DNA of 64,000 nucleotides, from positions 21,018,001-21,082,000 of the forward strand of contig NW_026889805.1 of assembly GCF_033153115.1 (NCBI RefSeq). Reading direction: 5' to 3'. A program made the translations under genes and the position numbers. The notes under the pieces were generated by a model. The model worked only from the letters and a program-made list of their open reading frames with translations. It made no database searches and was not told the DNA's origin. This document shows, piece after piece, positions 50,501 through 63,106 of this stretch. How positions within the stretch are numbered: the stretch's first letter is position 1; every line of letters begins with the position of its first letter. Origin of the DNA: Saccostrea echinata (Eukaryota).

Positions 50501-53500
50501 CAAACGTTTGGATAATTGAAAGGTCACCAGGAGATGACCCTGAATGGGGTTTCTTCAGATTCCTGTGTAGCGATCTATGCTATCTATGATTTTAATCAGA
50601 TTGAATAACCAAGAGCAGATAACAAGATTTTCATATAATTAATGCATTTCACTATATAATGTCAAGAGAGCCCAGCCCTAACACCATAACCGGTAATGAG
50701 GACATGAAATTCACATTTTTGGAAGAAGCACACTTACTCAATATAACTATGCACTTAGTTTGTTTGCTTAATACCAAAAGCAGAGAAGAAGACCCTGATC
50801 CTGGAGCCACAAATTTCACAATTCTGGAAGAGGTACCCTTGCTCATTATTACCATGCACCTATTTCATCTGCTAAGTATACAGGGAAAGAGAAGAAGATT
50901 TTTTAAAGAATTTATGCATTTTCACTATATGATCATTTGAGCCCTGTCCTAACTCTAGAACCCCTGACCCTGGGGCCATGAATTCATAATTTTGGTAGAG
51001 GCTCAATGCTTATTACAATCACGCCAACAGTTAGACTGCTTGATGTCCAGGAGTAAAGAAGAAGAATATTAAAGATAGCACTAATTTTGATGGTTTTAGA
51101 TTCAGGCCCCAGGAGGGCATGGACCATGAAATTCACAATATTTTTCCCCTTCACTCATAGATGCTATATGCAATAATTGGTTGAAATTGATTCAGCAGTT
51201 TCAGAGAAGAAGGTGAAAATTTTCAAATGTTAATGGACAACTACAAACAAAAACAGATAGCAATGCATCCCCTGAGTGACTTTGGTGACCTAAAAATTAC
51301 TATACCAATGTTAATAACCGTTGCACGTGCCTCCCCCAATTCTCTGCCATCTGGACGAACTTCCTGTTCCTGTCAAATAAAAAGAAATAATTTTAAACAT
51401 AAAAGCCTTTAAAGAACAGGAAGTGTGTGGAAGGAAAATGTCAGGTAGTCAAAATTTTTTGCTTTATTATTGTGATGCCTCAAGTTGCCTTGTTGTTCCT
51501 GAGAGTGCAATATTTTATATATGCTTTTATATAATCATATTTTAGGCGACATAAATTTAATTCTCTGGTTTTCATGCCAATTTTCTCCAAAACAGACGCG
51601 GGAGGGAGGTTTTTTATTTATCATTTTATTTGCGATAATGTAGATGAGGGAGGTATTTTTTTAATACCTGAATTTTCTAAAAAAAATTATGACAAAAATT
51701 TTTTGTTCATAGATATACTTTCCAAACTTTCCATGTCTGATCAACAGGTTTGCATTATCCATTCCTTCTTAACGTGTGAAAATCATAGGAATTATCTTTG
51801 AATGTATTTTAAACAAACTTTCGAAGTAGCCAAATCTCTTTGAAAATGGCTACTGGAAGCGATATTCGAGTACTAAACTACGAGAAAATGAGGACAGAAC
51901 TTTTTTTTCCGGATTGGTTTCCGCATTACCAACTTTTTATTTTATCCAAAAAAAAAAAAAGATAAAATTTGGAATGCGGCTACCTAAAAACAGATGAGCG
52001 AGGGTCTGAGAACCATAATTTCAATTTTATGTAGCCTTACATCCTATATCTGGACCCCTCATGTGGCCAATGGGCACACTTAAAATAGAATGTCTCTTGA
52101 CCTTTTACTTAATGGGTGCTAATTGAGAGATTTATTGGCCACAATCTCACTCATGCAACAAGAACCTGTGGCAAGCAACAAACCAAGACCTGATCGCTAA
52201 GCAAGTAGCGTGTAAGAAGTGGTGGCGGATGGATTTCTCAGAAAACCATCAGAAGAAATTGCACTCCATGCACTTGAGTAGAACCCTCAGGGCAAATGTC
52301 TGGTCAGATAACTTTCGAAGGTCATGTGAAAAGTGTAGACAGAGCTGGGGTCTAGGCTTCCAAAACAGATTGCACTGGAAGACTATTGCCGAGACTCTAT
52401 GTTCAACCCGGAACCAAAAGGACCTTGACAATATATACATGACCCCTTAAACCAAAAATAAAATTTGTTGACTAACAATGCCATATGGAAATTTTACTTA
52501 CCAAAAACTTTCTGAAGTAATCTTTTGGCCTCGCAGTTCTATAAAACAGTTAAAACATTGTATGTGTTTTTCTTTAATCTTATTAAGGATATCCGATCCT
52601 CAGCCAGGAAGGATAACTCTTAAATTTCTAATTTTATTTAAAAAGTCTCAAAATGAAGATTGAAATTGAGATCTTTTCAGGCAACAATTTTCATCTTATG
52701 CATCTTAATATGATTCAAGGTTCTTTGAAGTCTTAGAAATGGTCTTGTAAGAAGTTGACATTTGTACCCCATAAAAGAAAAAAATTAAATCATTTTTAGA
52801 GAATTTGAATTTCCTTTCGTCTAGCATTAGATACCACTGCTTATTAGCAAGATATGAAATTAGATGTGATATGTGATGTCTAGCAATGATAGCACAAGCT
52901 TTTTACACTACGCATTATATGATAATTGAAGTAAAAAGAAGAACTAAAATACTGTACAAGCATAAAAAAGATGCAATTTTCTCCAAATGCCTGGATACCT
53001 ATATTTTTCTATCCTAATTTATATTTGTTGATCAATTTTCAGTTAGAAAATGCATAGCTGGTGTTTTTATTCAAATTTCCTGAAAATGTATTTGAGATTT
53101 GGTAATTTTCCCTATATAATATGATGAACTATAATGTTGCACTTTGAAGAAATTCCATGGGTAAATTCACATTACTATGTGAAATCAAAGACATTTTTGT
53201 GAGCATTTTCAATTTCTTAAAAGCTGATTTTCAGAACCTGAGGATTGGACTACCTTAAGGAAAAACAACTTTTTTTTCCCTTTCATTCTAGAACTCTCTT
53301 ATTTAAAACAGGCTACAATACCGTATCTCTGTTGATAAAGTTGAAATTTACTTGTTTCACATTCTTTATCCACAAGAAATCTCAAAAGGTTACAAACATT
53401 TTTCATTAAAATTGAGGGGAAAAAGTCAAGGAGCAAGAAAGAATAAAATGAATTATGGTGAATTCCATAATTCTACAGATATTCCAAATATTAGAATTAT

Positions 53501-53629
53501 GTTTGATTTTTTTGTATAAGTACAAAAATTAGGGAAAATAAAAACACCAGCTTGATACTCTAGGCTTGTAAAATCCCTGAAGCATCTATGCACATGCGAT
53601 TGCAATATTTACCTAAAGTCTTCCGCCAT
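44561..53629 (-). CDS. EXOSC8: Exosome complex component RRP43
   Basis: Minus-strand exons: 53629-53613, 52538-52502, 51369-51306, 49213-49140, 47622-47577, 47341-47236, 47131-47086, 46574-46478, 45455-45335, 44864-44761, 44673-44561; 825 nt, 274 aa, all GT-AG. Translation [33 protein letters not shown]...[19 protein letters not shown]...[24 protein letters not shown]...[21 protein letters not shown]...[11 protein letters not shown]...KPGG is a clear RNase PH-fold Rrp43. Confidence 0.96.
49591..51296 (-). mobile_element. Diverged minus-strand copy of the 10914-13328 HINE family in EXOSC8 intron 3
   Basis: AACAAGAGGCCC..GGTCACCTGAG end, CCTGAGTGAC..GGTGACCTAAAAA end, reverse-complement 168-bp units. 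Confidence 0.8.
50115..50603. mobile_element. MITE with long TIRs and 9-bp TSD (Mutator-like)
   Basis: CAATCTGATTAAAATC / GATTTTAATCAGATTG termini, about 90-bp imperfect TIRs, TSD AATAACCAA at 50106-50114 and 50604-50612. Confidence 0.88.
51543..52037. mobile_element. Kolobok-like MITE
   Basis: TAGGCGACATAAATT / AATTTTATGTAGCCT inverted termini. Confidence 0.55.
52125..52425 (+). mobile_element. Degenerate 3' end of an RTE-clade LINE
   Basis: Frameshifted translation [55 protein letters not shown] matches the RTE ORF C-terminus pattern. Confidence 0.72.
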
Positions 53630-53967
53630 CTTTGCTAATACACCGAACGACTTTTGCATTGACGATTATAATTGGTTGAATTTATTAAACTAGTCCTCTT
53701 ACAGTATGTGTACTATAGAAACTTGTGCGATCGCAAAAGTTAAAATTTGATTGTTTTCATTTTCATTTTTCCTGAAGAATATTTTGCATTTTGTAAGTAT
53801 TAAATTCTACAATTTATATCAAATTTTATAATTTTGAATGTTTACATTTTAACTAGTTCCATTATACAGTCTTTTTCGTGAATTTTCCATCGCCGGAAAT
53901 CAAAGATTTACCGATGGTTTTTGTTATTTATAAAAATTACATTCCCGCCAAATATAAACCTGTCAAA
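53630..53967. promoter_or_regulatory. Compact bidirectional promoter between EXOSC8 and ZWILCH
   Basis: Divergent ATGs about 340 bp apart. YY1-type AAGATGGCGG over the EXOSC8 start, ATTGG (CCAAT) near 53671, palindrome TGCGATCGCA near 53726, E2F-like TTCCCGCCAAA at 53942-53952. Confidence 0.65.
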
Positions 53968-56900
53968 ATGGATAAACTTGTCATTGCTGATTATGGTAAA
54001 TTTATGAAGAAGCTGAGCACAGATAGTGTTGACAACGTATTTCAAGATGTTGAGTATGTTTATATCACGAATTCAAAAGATCCTCGTTTGGCTGGCATAG
54101 GATCTCTAGTATCTCTTCCATTGCCAATAATTTTAGCCCAGAACCCGGGCAGCATGCTGCTCACTGACCCAGATGTTTCCGAGTTCATGCCCCAGGAATC
54201 GCTTTTAAAAAGCAATAGAAAGCACACCAATAGCTATGATGCAACTCAAGGATCGCCTTTGAAGATGCAAGAGTATGCAGACCTGTCAGATATCGTTGTC
54301 AATGAAGCACCTGTTGGAAGTTGGACTAGCAGAGAGCATTTCAAGTCAGCCCTGACCAAAATAGGAATACCATTCAACCAAACCAGAGTCGTAGCATCAT
54401 TGTACAGCCTTGCCTCTCAAGGAAATTCTTTGCCACCCTTACTTATATTTAGTGATGGTCAAAATAGAAAGCATACTGCCTGTCAGATGTTATCTCGTGA
54501 AGAGCAGTATCTAAAGTTCACCGTCATTAAGGTATCCTTTCCGGAACCTAAAAATGGCCACTTTCCAAAGATTCATAATCTAAAGATTCCAGAAAAGCAG
54601 ATGAAATACAAGGCACGTTATGATATGATGGGGAAAATGTTACAGGAACTTGTCACTAATGGCCAGGAATTTGCTGGATCGTTAGTGGTTGAAACTGACT
54701 GGACCAAACCAATCTGCACAGCAGTTTTACAGTCCCCGCCATTGGAGTCACAGGCACACATCCAGGCGCAAGTTGTTTCTGGGGACGAAAGATCCACAGC
54801 TAATGGGTTCTACATAGAACTGGAGATGTTAAAGTCATTTATTGATGGTACAGTTATATCATATAAGATTTGGTACACAAGTACATTATACCAATTAAGA
54901 TACATATATCAGTTTTTGATTTTGACAAATGGTGTTGCCATTTTTACTAAAAATCGAAATTTCTTTGAAATTCTTTCAAAATGCTTCTCTTCATACAGTT
55001 TTGGTTTAATTAATATCAATATGTTAAAGACTTGGTAAACAAGTACACTATAGTAAGATACACCAAGTTAGTACAGACCTTTAGTCTTGTCAGAGACTTC
55101 TGGTTGTAAAATATTCTATAAGCAGGGTTAGAAACTCCCTAAAATTACAACTCGCAAATAATTGCGAGTACCAAGAAAGTGAACTCGCAATTTTATAAGA
55201 CTACTCGCAATTTTTATATAAAGTTAAATTTATATAAATTAAATATGTAACTTAAGGAAAAAGTAACTACTGTACAATACACAAAATACAACTACAGTGC
55301 GACTTTTATTTAAATTACTGATTTAAATCAAAAGCATTGTGTTCTGTCATATTATATAATTTTGCTACAGTTTCAATGCAAAAAAATCAATTCGCAAGTT
55401 TTTGCGAGTTACCTAATTTTTAACTTGCAATTTAGGAATTCTAACTCGCGTTTTGCGAGTTGTATATAGTGAATTTCGAACCCTGTATAAGGCAGTGAAA
55501 GTGTTCTGAACTATATTAACAGTAGTCCATTAGCCATAATAAAAAAAATCCTAGATTCTCATCCTATATTTTTTTAAAAATTGAGACGGGCCGGCAGATT
55601 TTATTTTTTTTATTTTTTTCCATTGTACAGATTTTTTGTTGACCTGATCAATCGGTGCAGATTTATCTATAAAGTCTGAATAAAAGTCATAGTATAGGTC
55701 CATTAATCTTTCACAACCAATTAACCTTGTTTAATACATATTACAGCATTACCAACTTGTCAGCTGTCAAAACATCCCGACATTAGTGGGATTTAAAATG
55801 AAAGTTGGATGGTAGTTGAATACCGATCCCGATCAGAATCAAGGCCAAGAAAAACAGAAATTTAAAAAAAAAAATTGAGTCAGGGTAAAAGATTGGGGCG
55901 GGCTGGGATGAGAATCTAGGAATTTTTTATTATGGCCTTAATGTTACTATATGCATCAAGTACTAAAAAGTCTGACACTGAAAATTAAATATATGTTTGA
56001 AATTTGAGGGATATAACATTGTATAAGTATAATATTTATATGTAGACTTGTGGCTTTTTTCAATTTTTTTTTTTAAAGTGTGATGTCACCATTATTCATT
56101 TTTAGGACAATTTACTCACTCCGGTGATCTAATGCTATCTGTTTTTGTCAGTCATTGTGAGTAAACTTTTAACATTTTCAACATCTTCTTAAGAAGGAGA
56201 GGGGGTATACTGTTTTACCCTTGTGTGTCTGTAACAAATTTTCGTTGCAGTTTTCTCAGCAACTACTCTTCACAAATGCTTTAAGTTTTAAGAAACGCTT
56301 TGGCATACCATATGGTGGGATTGATTTTTGTACGAATCCAATGTCAACAGTCTTCACAACAATTTTTTTTCAACACATGCCCGTCGGGCATCTCATCTAC
56401 TACTTTTACCAAGCCCGCACCAATTTTTACATGCCCTACTCAAAATTTAACTTCGTGAAATAAAAAAAATGCTGTCTTTACAGTGTATGTCATCAATGTT
56501 AGTAGGAAACATGAACCATTGTTTATACAAGAATGGACCAACAACCAAAAATTTCCAAGAGTGAAAAATATTCTTTCGGGTGGTCATGAACATATACTTT
56601 TTATTGCTGTATAATGCATTACCGAAAATTTTGAAATGTAGTAGGTTATCATTATGGAAAAACCTGCATGCAGTTTTTAACGTACTGAATTTGGATTCCA
56701 TGTAAAAATCCTACAGTGTAATTACAGTTTATGTACACAATGTGGCATGATTATCTCGTGCATTTCAACAACAGTAGAAAGACAATGGGATTAGTTAGTC
56801 ACGCTTCATTGCATATGACAGTATAATGACACCTGTTAAATTGATTTCAAACTGTGCATGCACTTCTTTTGTCAACTTATTTAGTATATATACATGTACT

Positions 56901-59345
56901 TGTCTGTTTTAATGATACTGTTACATTAGGTAATAAAAAATAAATTTCTCCTATTTACTTGACTACTGACGGCAAATTTATTTGGTATATATTAAATTAA
57001 TACATATATAAACAGGGCTGTTAAGAAAGGTCAATAAATCTACAATAAATAATAAATCTGGCAAAATATGGGTAATCATTGCTATTTTTTTAAGAAATCT
57101 GAATTTAATAAAGGAGTGTTGAACAATTAAGCATATTTTAAAAAGGGGGGGGGGGGGTAACGATAACTTCTGACGTAAATGTAATTTCTTTTGATTTTAT
57201 TTATTTCTCTAAGCTACTATTAATCTGCAACAAAAAGGGAAAAGGAGTTGACATGGAATAAAATAACGTACACACGTTAATATCAAAAATGAAAGTATAG
57301 ACTGCAGTCCACTGTGTAAAATATTTTTACACAAAAGTCAGTCTGCAGTGGAAAAAATGTTACACATGCCCAGCGGGCATGTGAATCTTCATTTTTTACA
57401 TGCCCGTTCGCAATTTTACCAGGTCCCGGGCATCGGTCTCCCAGGTTATTTCGAAGACTGTGTCAATTTCCTGTTTATCCATGCATCTGTCAATACCAAT
57501 ATTTCTTTAACTGAACTTGTCTACATATTCACATAAGAGGGTTAGCTGCAGAACTGTAGCTCTCTCCTTGAGAAAATTCAGACAGATAAAGCAGAGAGCT
57601 ACAGATCCAAGCATTGTAAAAACCTTCGATTTATGCCAACACTTTTTTGTTGCTCGCTTCGGGCATCATTTCTTGTATTCTATCCTTTCCCCCACTTTAA
57701 TAATGGGGGAATGATTAATCGGATAATTAATCATACATTTTACTTCTATTCTCAATACTTTAGTTACCTTTCAACGGTCCATAAAGGCCATATGTGGTTG
57801 TTGGAGTATCAATTTAAAAAATACATTCTGACATTCATGTTGGCATCATCCTGAAATAACACGCCGGAGTTTTATTTATCTCATTTCTTTTTTATATACT
57901 TAATTTCTTCTTTATAGACAATATACATGATATTTGACCTCCTGAATTTTTTATTTACATTTTCTCGGCAAGTGTATGTTCTTTGAAATTTTTTTCGCAC
58001 AACCCCCAACATGGACGTTGGAATGGGAATTTTTTAAACGGACATTCCAAAACCATTAAGGGCTATTTGGGACCGTTGAAATAAATAAAGTATCGAGAAT
58101 AGAAGTAAAATGTATAGTTAATTATCGGATACCAATTTTTACAGCGGGGAAAAGGATCAAATACCAGAAATAATGCCCAAAGTGAGCGACAAAAAAAGCG
58201 TCAGCGTAAATGGAATGTTTTTACAATGCTTGGATCTGTAGCTCTCTACTTTATCTGTCCGAATTTTCTCAAGCAGAGAGCTACAGTTCTGCAGTTAATG
58301 AGAGGGTATATTCATATCAGATCAGGGGTATTACTAGTGAGTATTGGCTCACAGACTTCTTGTTTAATCAGATGGTGCAGCTATGTACATTGAATTTATT
58401 GAGGTTCTTGTTATTGCAGGTTTGGAGTCGGGAGAAATTCTGTGGTTGGCCAATGAAAGTCATGTTCCTGTCTTAGAGCAGTTGAAAATGCAAATTGAAA
58501 AATTAAAACTTGGGGATGCTGCAAAATGCGAGAAAGAACAAAATGATGTGGTGGACATCCTAGGACTGGATTCCCTGTCTTTTGATCGACGGGAAGACCT
58601 GGATTTTACAGACCATTTATGGAATATCCTTATTCAGTGTACATCCTACAGTGAGCTGGAAGAAGCATTGAAGTTTGTTTTTGCTGTCTTAAGTAATGGA
58701 GAGTTTTATCCTATGGTACACAGAAAGAATAATACAGTCATTGCTCAAATGGTAAGGGAAGCATGTGGAGGAAAACTCAGAATGCCAAATTTAGCTGGTG
58801 GATCTTATGCCATTCAACTTTTAGCTGAAATAGGGCTGGAAAAACTGCGACAAGATTATGTGCATGCTTTTTTGTCAAAGGAACTGGTTGTACTTGGAAA
58901 CATTGAGTCGTTCATAGGAACAGAGGGACCATTTACACAGAGGCTGGCTGCCTTAGAGAAGCTGCACCATGTCCTGGAAATGTCAGTCATGCTAAAAATG
59001 TTTCTAAAATTATCCATGCAAACCCTGAATTTCATTGCCATCCAGATGTTGAAATACTATGAAAATAATTCTCTTGACCAGAAGCACTTGTTTGATTTTC
59101 CTGTACCCACTTCTCAAGTCAAGTCCATGATTGAAAACTCAGCTCCATGTTTATGGCAGATGGAATTCACCAAACAGGTTCAGAATACATCAGAAACCAT
59201 GAAGGTTGTGTTAACGGAAGACAATCCTTTCCCCCATGTTGGTTGGAGTTCTGTGTCTGATAACATGACAGAGGTGGGAAGTGAGGATTTTAGGGACAGA
59301 GTGTACTATGTGTTACACCTAGAGGAAAGAGTTTCAGTTTTGTAG
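53968..59345 (+). CDS. ZWILCH: Protein zwilch homolog (RZZ kinetochore complex subunit)
   Basis: Exon 53968-54847 (ATG in AAAATGG context; an upstream in-frame ATG at 53914 is possible) joined in phase 1 to 58420-59345; 1806 nt, 601 aa. Motifs RxDLDFTDHLW, QLLAEIGLEKLRQDY, LEKLHHVLE, KYYENNSLDQKHLFDFPV match Zwilch. Confidence 0.92.
55123..55485. mobile_element. hAT-like MITE with 6-bp TSD (copy 2)
   Basis: Reverse complement of 8983-9343; TSD TATAAG on both sides. Confidence 0.9.
55531..55938. mobile_element. Kolobok-like MITE
   Basis: GCCATAATAAAAAA..CCTAGATTCTCATCC / GGATGAGAATCTAGG..TTTTTATTATGGCC, followed by TTAA. Confidence 0.75.
56348..57460. mobile_element. hAT-like element with 6-bp TSD nested in a HINE remnant
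   Basis: CAGTCTTC / GAAGACTG termini, ATGCCC/CGGGCAT subterminal motifs, TSD TGTCAA. Confidence 0.8.
57542..58298. mobile_element. MITE with ~80-bp TIRs
   Basis: CTGCAGAACTGTAGCTCTCT..CAGATCCAAGCATTGTAAAAAC mirrored at 58218-58298. Confidence 0.82.
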
Positions 59346-61511
59346 ACTACAGTAAAATAACATTTAAAGAAATACTGTAAACAGGGTTATTTTCACCCTC
59401 TCACACTTCCAAACAAATCTGCCCCATTTTAAATTTGCCCAGTCACAGTTTATTTTAAGAAAATAATACTGTGGTCTTTGAATTCACCCCATTTTAAATT
59501 TGTACATCTGTGAGTAGGGCGAAAGGGGCAAAATAAAACGGGGCGAAATTTTCCCTGTGTACAGTAATATCAAATGGTAAAATTTCAATATATTGATATC
59601 CTATTTGATTTAGGGACACACTCTTATTAATTATTTGGCCATCCTTTGACATACTTTGCAATAGTATGGTGTTTTTGTCTGCCTGGACATTTTTATTCCA
59701 GATCATAATTACTTATTTACCATGAGATGTAGCGTCAAAGTTTATCATTTAATGCATGAGGTATGGAGGAAAACTTGACTACTGAATATTCAAATTATGT
59801 CTAAATATGCTGTCATGTTTACGTTTTATAAATTCATTAAGACATATTGATCAAAGGTGCATGAGAACTAGTATTAAGCTATTAAGCTTAATTAAACTAC
59901 TATCTTTTAGTTAGTTTTTGTAAAAACATTTCTAGTACCAATTGAAATGAATCAATGCAGTGTCAGTCCACCCAAACAACAATACAAATCTTCATTCTAA
60001 CAGACGTTTTATGCAATCTATTAAAATATTTAAATATATAGATAATGATAATAAATGCATCCAAGCCATATTCTAAAATACATTTCTTATTAACTGCCAT
60101 CAAAATTAATTTCAAACATTTTCAGTAAATGTATCTTCATTCTTGAATGTTTTGCAGTCCTCTTAGTTGGTTAGTAGACCTTAATTTTGAAATCATAATG
60201 ATATGCGTAGCAAAATTGTGTCTGGACCTGATCTTGATTTGAGGCTGAGGATTAGGCCAAGTTAAAAAATTCTTTGTTTGCAGTTGCCAATCTAATATTT
60301 TTAGACTGAGTAGGTAGTTTTTTTGTTTTGTTTTTGTTGTTGTTGTTGTTGTTTTTTTTGGGGGGGGGTTTTTTTTTTTTTTTTTTGGTTTTTGTTTTTT
60401 TAAATTTGTAGTTTTCAGATTTTTGTTATATAACAAAAATAGTCTTACTAAACATTAAAAAAAGCTTCACTTGTTATAAGCCACTGATTGATAAAAACAA
60501 AAATAAAAAATAGAAAAATGAAACAATTTCAATATCCTGAAAGTTTTAAATTTAAAAAAATAATACAAAATAGCTCCAAAATATTTTGGGTGCATTTTCA
60601 GTGACCTCAGTAGGCAACTGCAAACCAAAAAAATTTATTTTAGGCCTTAGCAAATCTCAGCAGATGATGCCTCCTTTAGAAAAAGATCTGATACAGTCCA
60701 AAAAGTAAATATTACCGGTACATGTAATAGGTCATGATTGGATTTTTTCATATACTGAACACATGATACAGTAAGACCTCAACAGAACACTGAATGTAAA
60801 GGAGAAAAATATTGATGATACATGTATGTGTTATTCATGAATACCAGGATTTCTGTGTATTTTATTGTTAAAAATTGTTATGTTTTATTTGTATGATATC
60901 TAACTATGGTAACAAATACAGTTGAACGTCGGTATCTCGAACACAGATATCTCGAATACCATGGATATGTCGAAGTGATTTGGAAGTTCCAACCACATAT
61001 TCTTTAAGTATTTTACCCTCAAATCCTCGGATATCTCAAATTTTTTTCTCCATTGGTGATCCCATCAAGTTAGAGATAACGAGGTTTGGCTGTATTTTCA
61101 AATATTGAAATATGTATGATATACATTTACGTTGTCACTGAAAACATTTACATTAATATACATGTATTGTGTTTCCAAATCTGTATAATAAAGCAGTACA
61201 CTAAGTCAGCTTGAATTGGTGGAATGTTCTAGTATACAAATAAACATACCTGTACATTTGTATACATTTATTCAATTTATAAACAAATATCAAAAATACT
61301 TTATTTTTTATTCAAATCCCCTGTTTCAAAAATTTTCATAAGTTTCAGTAAAAAAGATTTGATTGCTACATATGAACCACTTTGAACTTTGACCTCAACT
61401 AAGTTGCCACAAATAAAAGTTCATTAACATTTTGTTACCAATGCTTCTTCAGCATCTCTACGGGTAGGAGAAAAGGTCAATAGATGTGCTTAAGTTTGAG
61501 AAAGTGTCCTG

Positions 61512-61956
61512 TAGTGGTGTTCTAATCATCGATTATAATCGAAAATCAGTCGATTGCTGGCATAATCCAAGCGCTTGATTACAAAATTTTTATTCTGATT
61601 AATCTTTTTTTTTACAAGCATAAAAGTTTTTAAGCCAAATATTCCAGCCACAACTTATCAATTAACTTATTTGTGTATCATAATGGCGCAGACGAGCAGA
61701 CAATTGTATCCATACCCGGGAAACAAAACATTCCCGGGTATGGAGGTAAGTTTTGTATCTGTACAGCATATGAAGAAAAATTAAAGAAAAACAGATACAT
61801 ACTCAATAAAACACTCAGATGATATCCTTTTATTCTTTTACAGCACAATAAACAACAAATACATATGCAGAAAGTAGTCATTTACCCATTCTTACCATTT
61901 AATTAACTGAATTGACAGATCATCGATTATGAAATTCTTACCGATTTCCAGCACTG
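61512..61956. mobile_element. hAT MITE with 8-bp TSD
   Basis: TAGTGGTG / CAGCACTG termini, ATCGATT subterminal motifs, TSD GTGTCCTG. Confidence 0.8.
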
Positions 61957-62511
61957 GTGTCCTGTTAACTAGAGGTTTGTTACAAAGAACACAGGGAGAA
62001 TTATGTCCACAGGAGTAGGATGGTAATTTTTAGCTCACCTGAATCAAAGGTTCAGGTGAGCTTTCTGGAAAACTGTCTGTTAACTTTTCACATTTTGTAC
62101 TTCTTCAGAGCCACTGCACTGGACTAATTTCAACAGAACTTACCACAAAGCATTGTTAGGTAAAGGAGATTGAACCTGCTTCAAATATGAGAATGAGCGA
62201 AAATTCTTTTAAAAATCTGATGAAAAAAAACACTTGGTCAGAAAAGATTAAACTTAAGCTTCCTGACATAGTGCAGATTCAAATTCAAACAGGGCCATTA
62301 TTTAGGCAAATAAAAAGATGTGTGTTTCTGGTAACATATGCCAAAATAAATTAAGGTAAATAGGTAGGCGATAACTTTTTAGCTCACGTGAGCCGAAGGC
62401 TAAAGTGACCTTTTCTGATCAAAATTTGTCTGTTAACTTTTCACATTTTTATCTTCTCCTCAAGAACCATTTGACCAATTTCAACCAAACTTGGCACATA
62501 GTATCCTTGAA

Positions 62512-62545
<34 letters not shown>

Positions 62546-63106
62546 ACACCCTATTCCGAGGGGAGATAACGAAGAAATAGTGAAAATTGGGTGGGGGTAT
62601 TTAAAAATCTTCTCAAGAACCACTGGGCCAGAATAGATGACACTTATGTGAAAGCTTCCTGACATAATGCAGATTCAAGTTTATTCAAATCATGACCCCG
62701 GGGGTAGGGTGGGGCCACACTGGGTGAACAAAGTTTTACATAGAAATATGTAGGAACAATCTTTAAAAATCTTCTTCTCAAGAACAGCAAAATCATGATT
62801 GTTGATATTTATAAGATGCATCCTCAGGTAGTGTAGATGCAAGTTTCTGAAATATACTCAGTACCTGTATTACATCTTTATATGTTATAAGTTTCTCAAT
62901 GTCCGAACACATTTTCATAAGTATATATAGGGACCTTAAAGCTATATATGGCATATCAGAGCTAAAAATTACGAAATTGAATGTAGATAAACATGATATA
63001 TGTTATTTACGTTCAAATTTTCACCGATTTTAAACTTGAATAACCTAGTGTTTCCAAAGTTAGATTGACTTTAAACTGTGTCTGTTATTTAAATGCGGAG
63101 TCAGTA

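Noticed and set aside
53545-53580. Exon-like segment just downstream of EXOSC8 exon 1
   Set aside because: It would need a ~35-nt intron; exon 2 at 52538-52502 fits phase and homology.
54848-55038. C-terminal part of the 386-aa ORF 53878-55038
   Set aside because: Read-through into intronic repeat; Zwilch homology continues at 58420 after the phase-1 donor at 54847.
60137-60436. 99-aa Lys/Thr-rich minus-strand ORF
   Set aside because: Derived from poly-T/G and (TTG)n low-complexity tracts.
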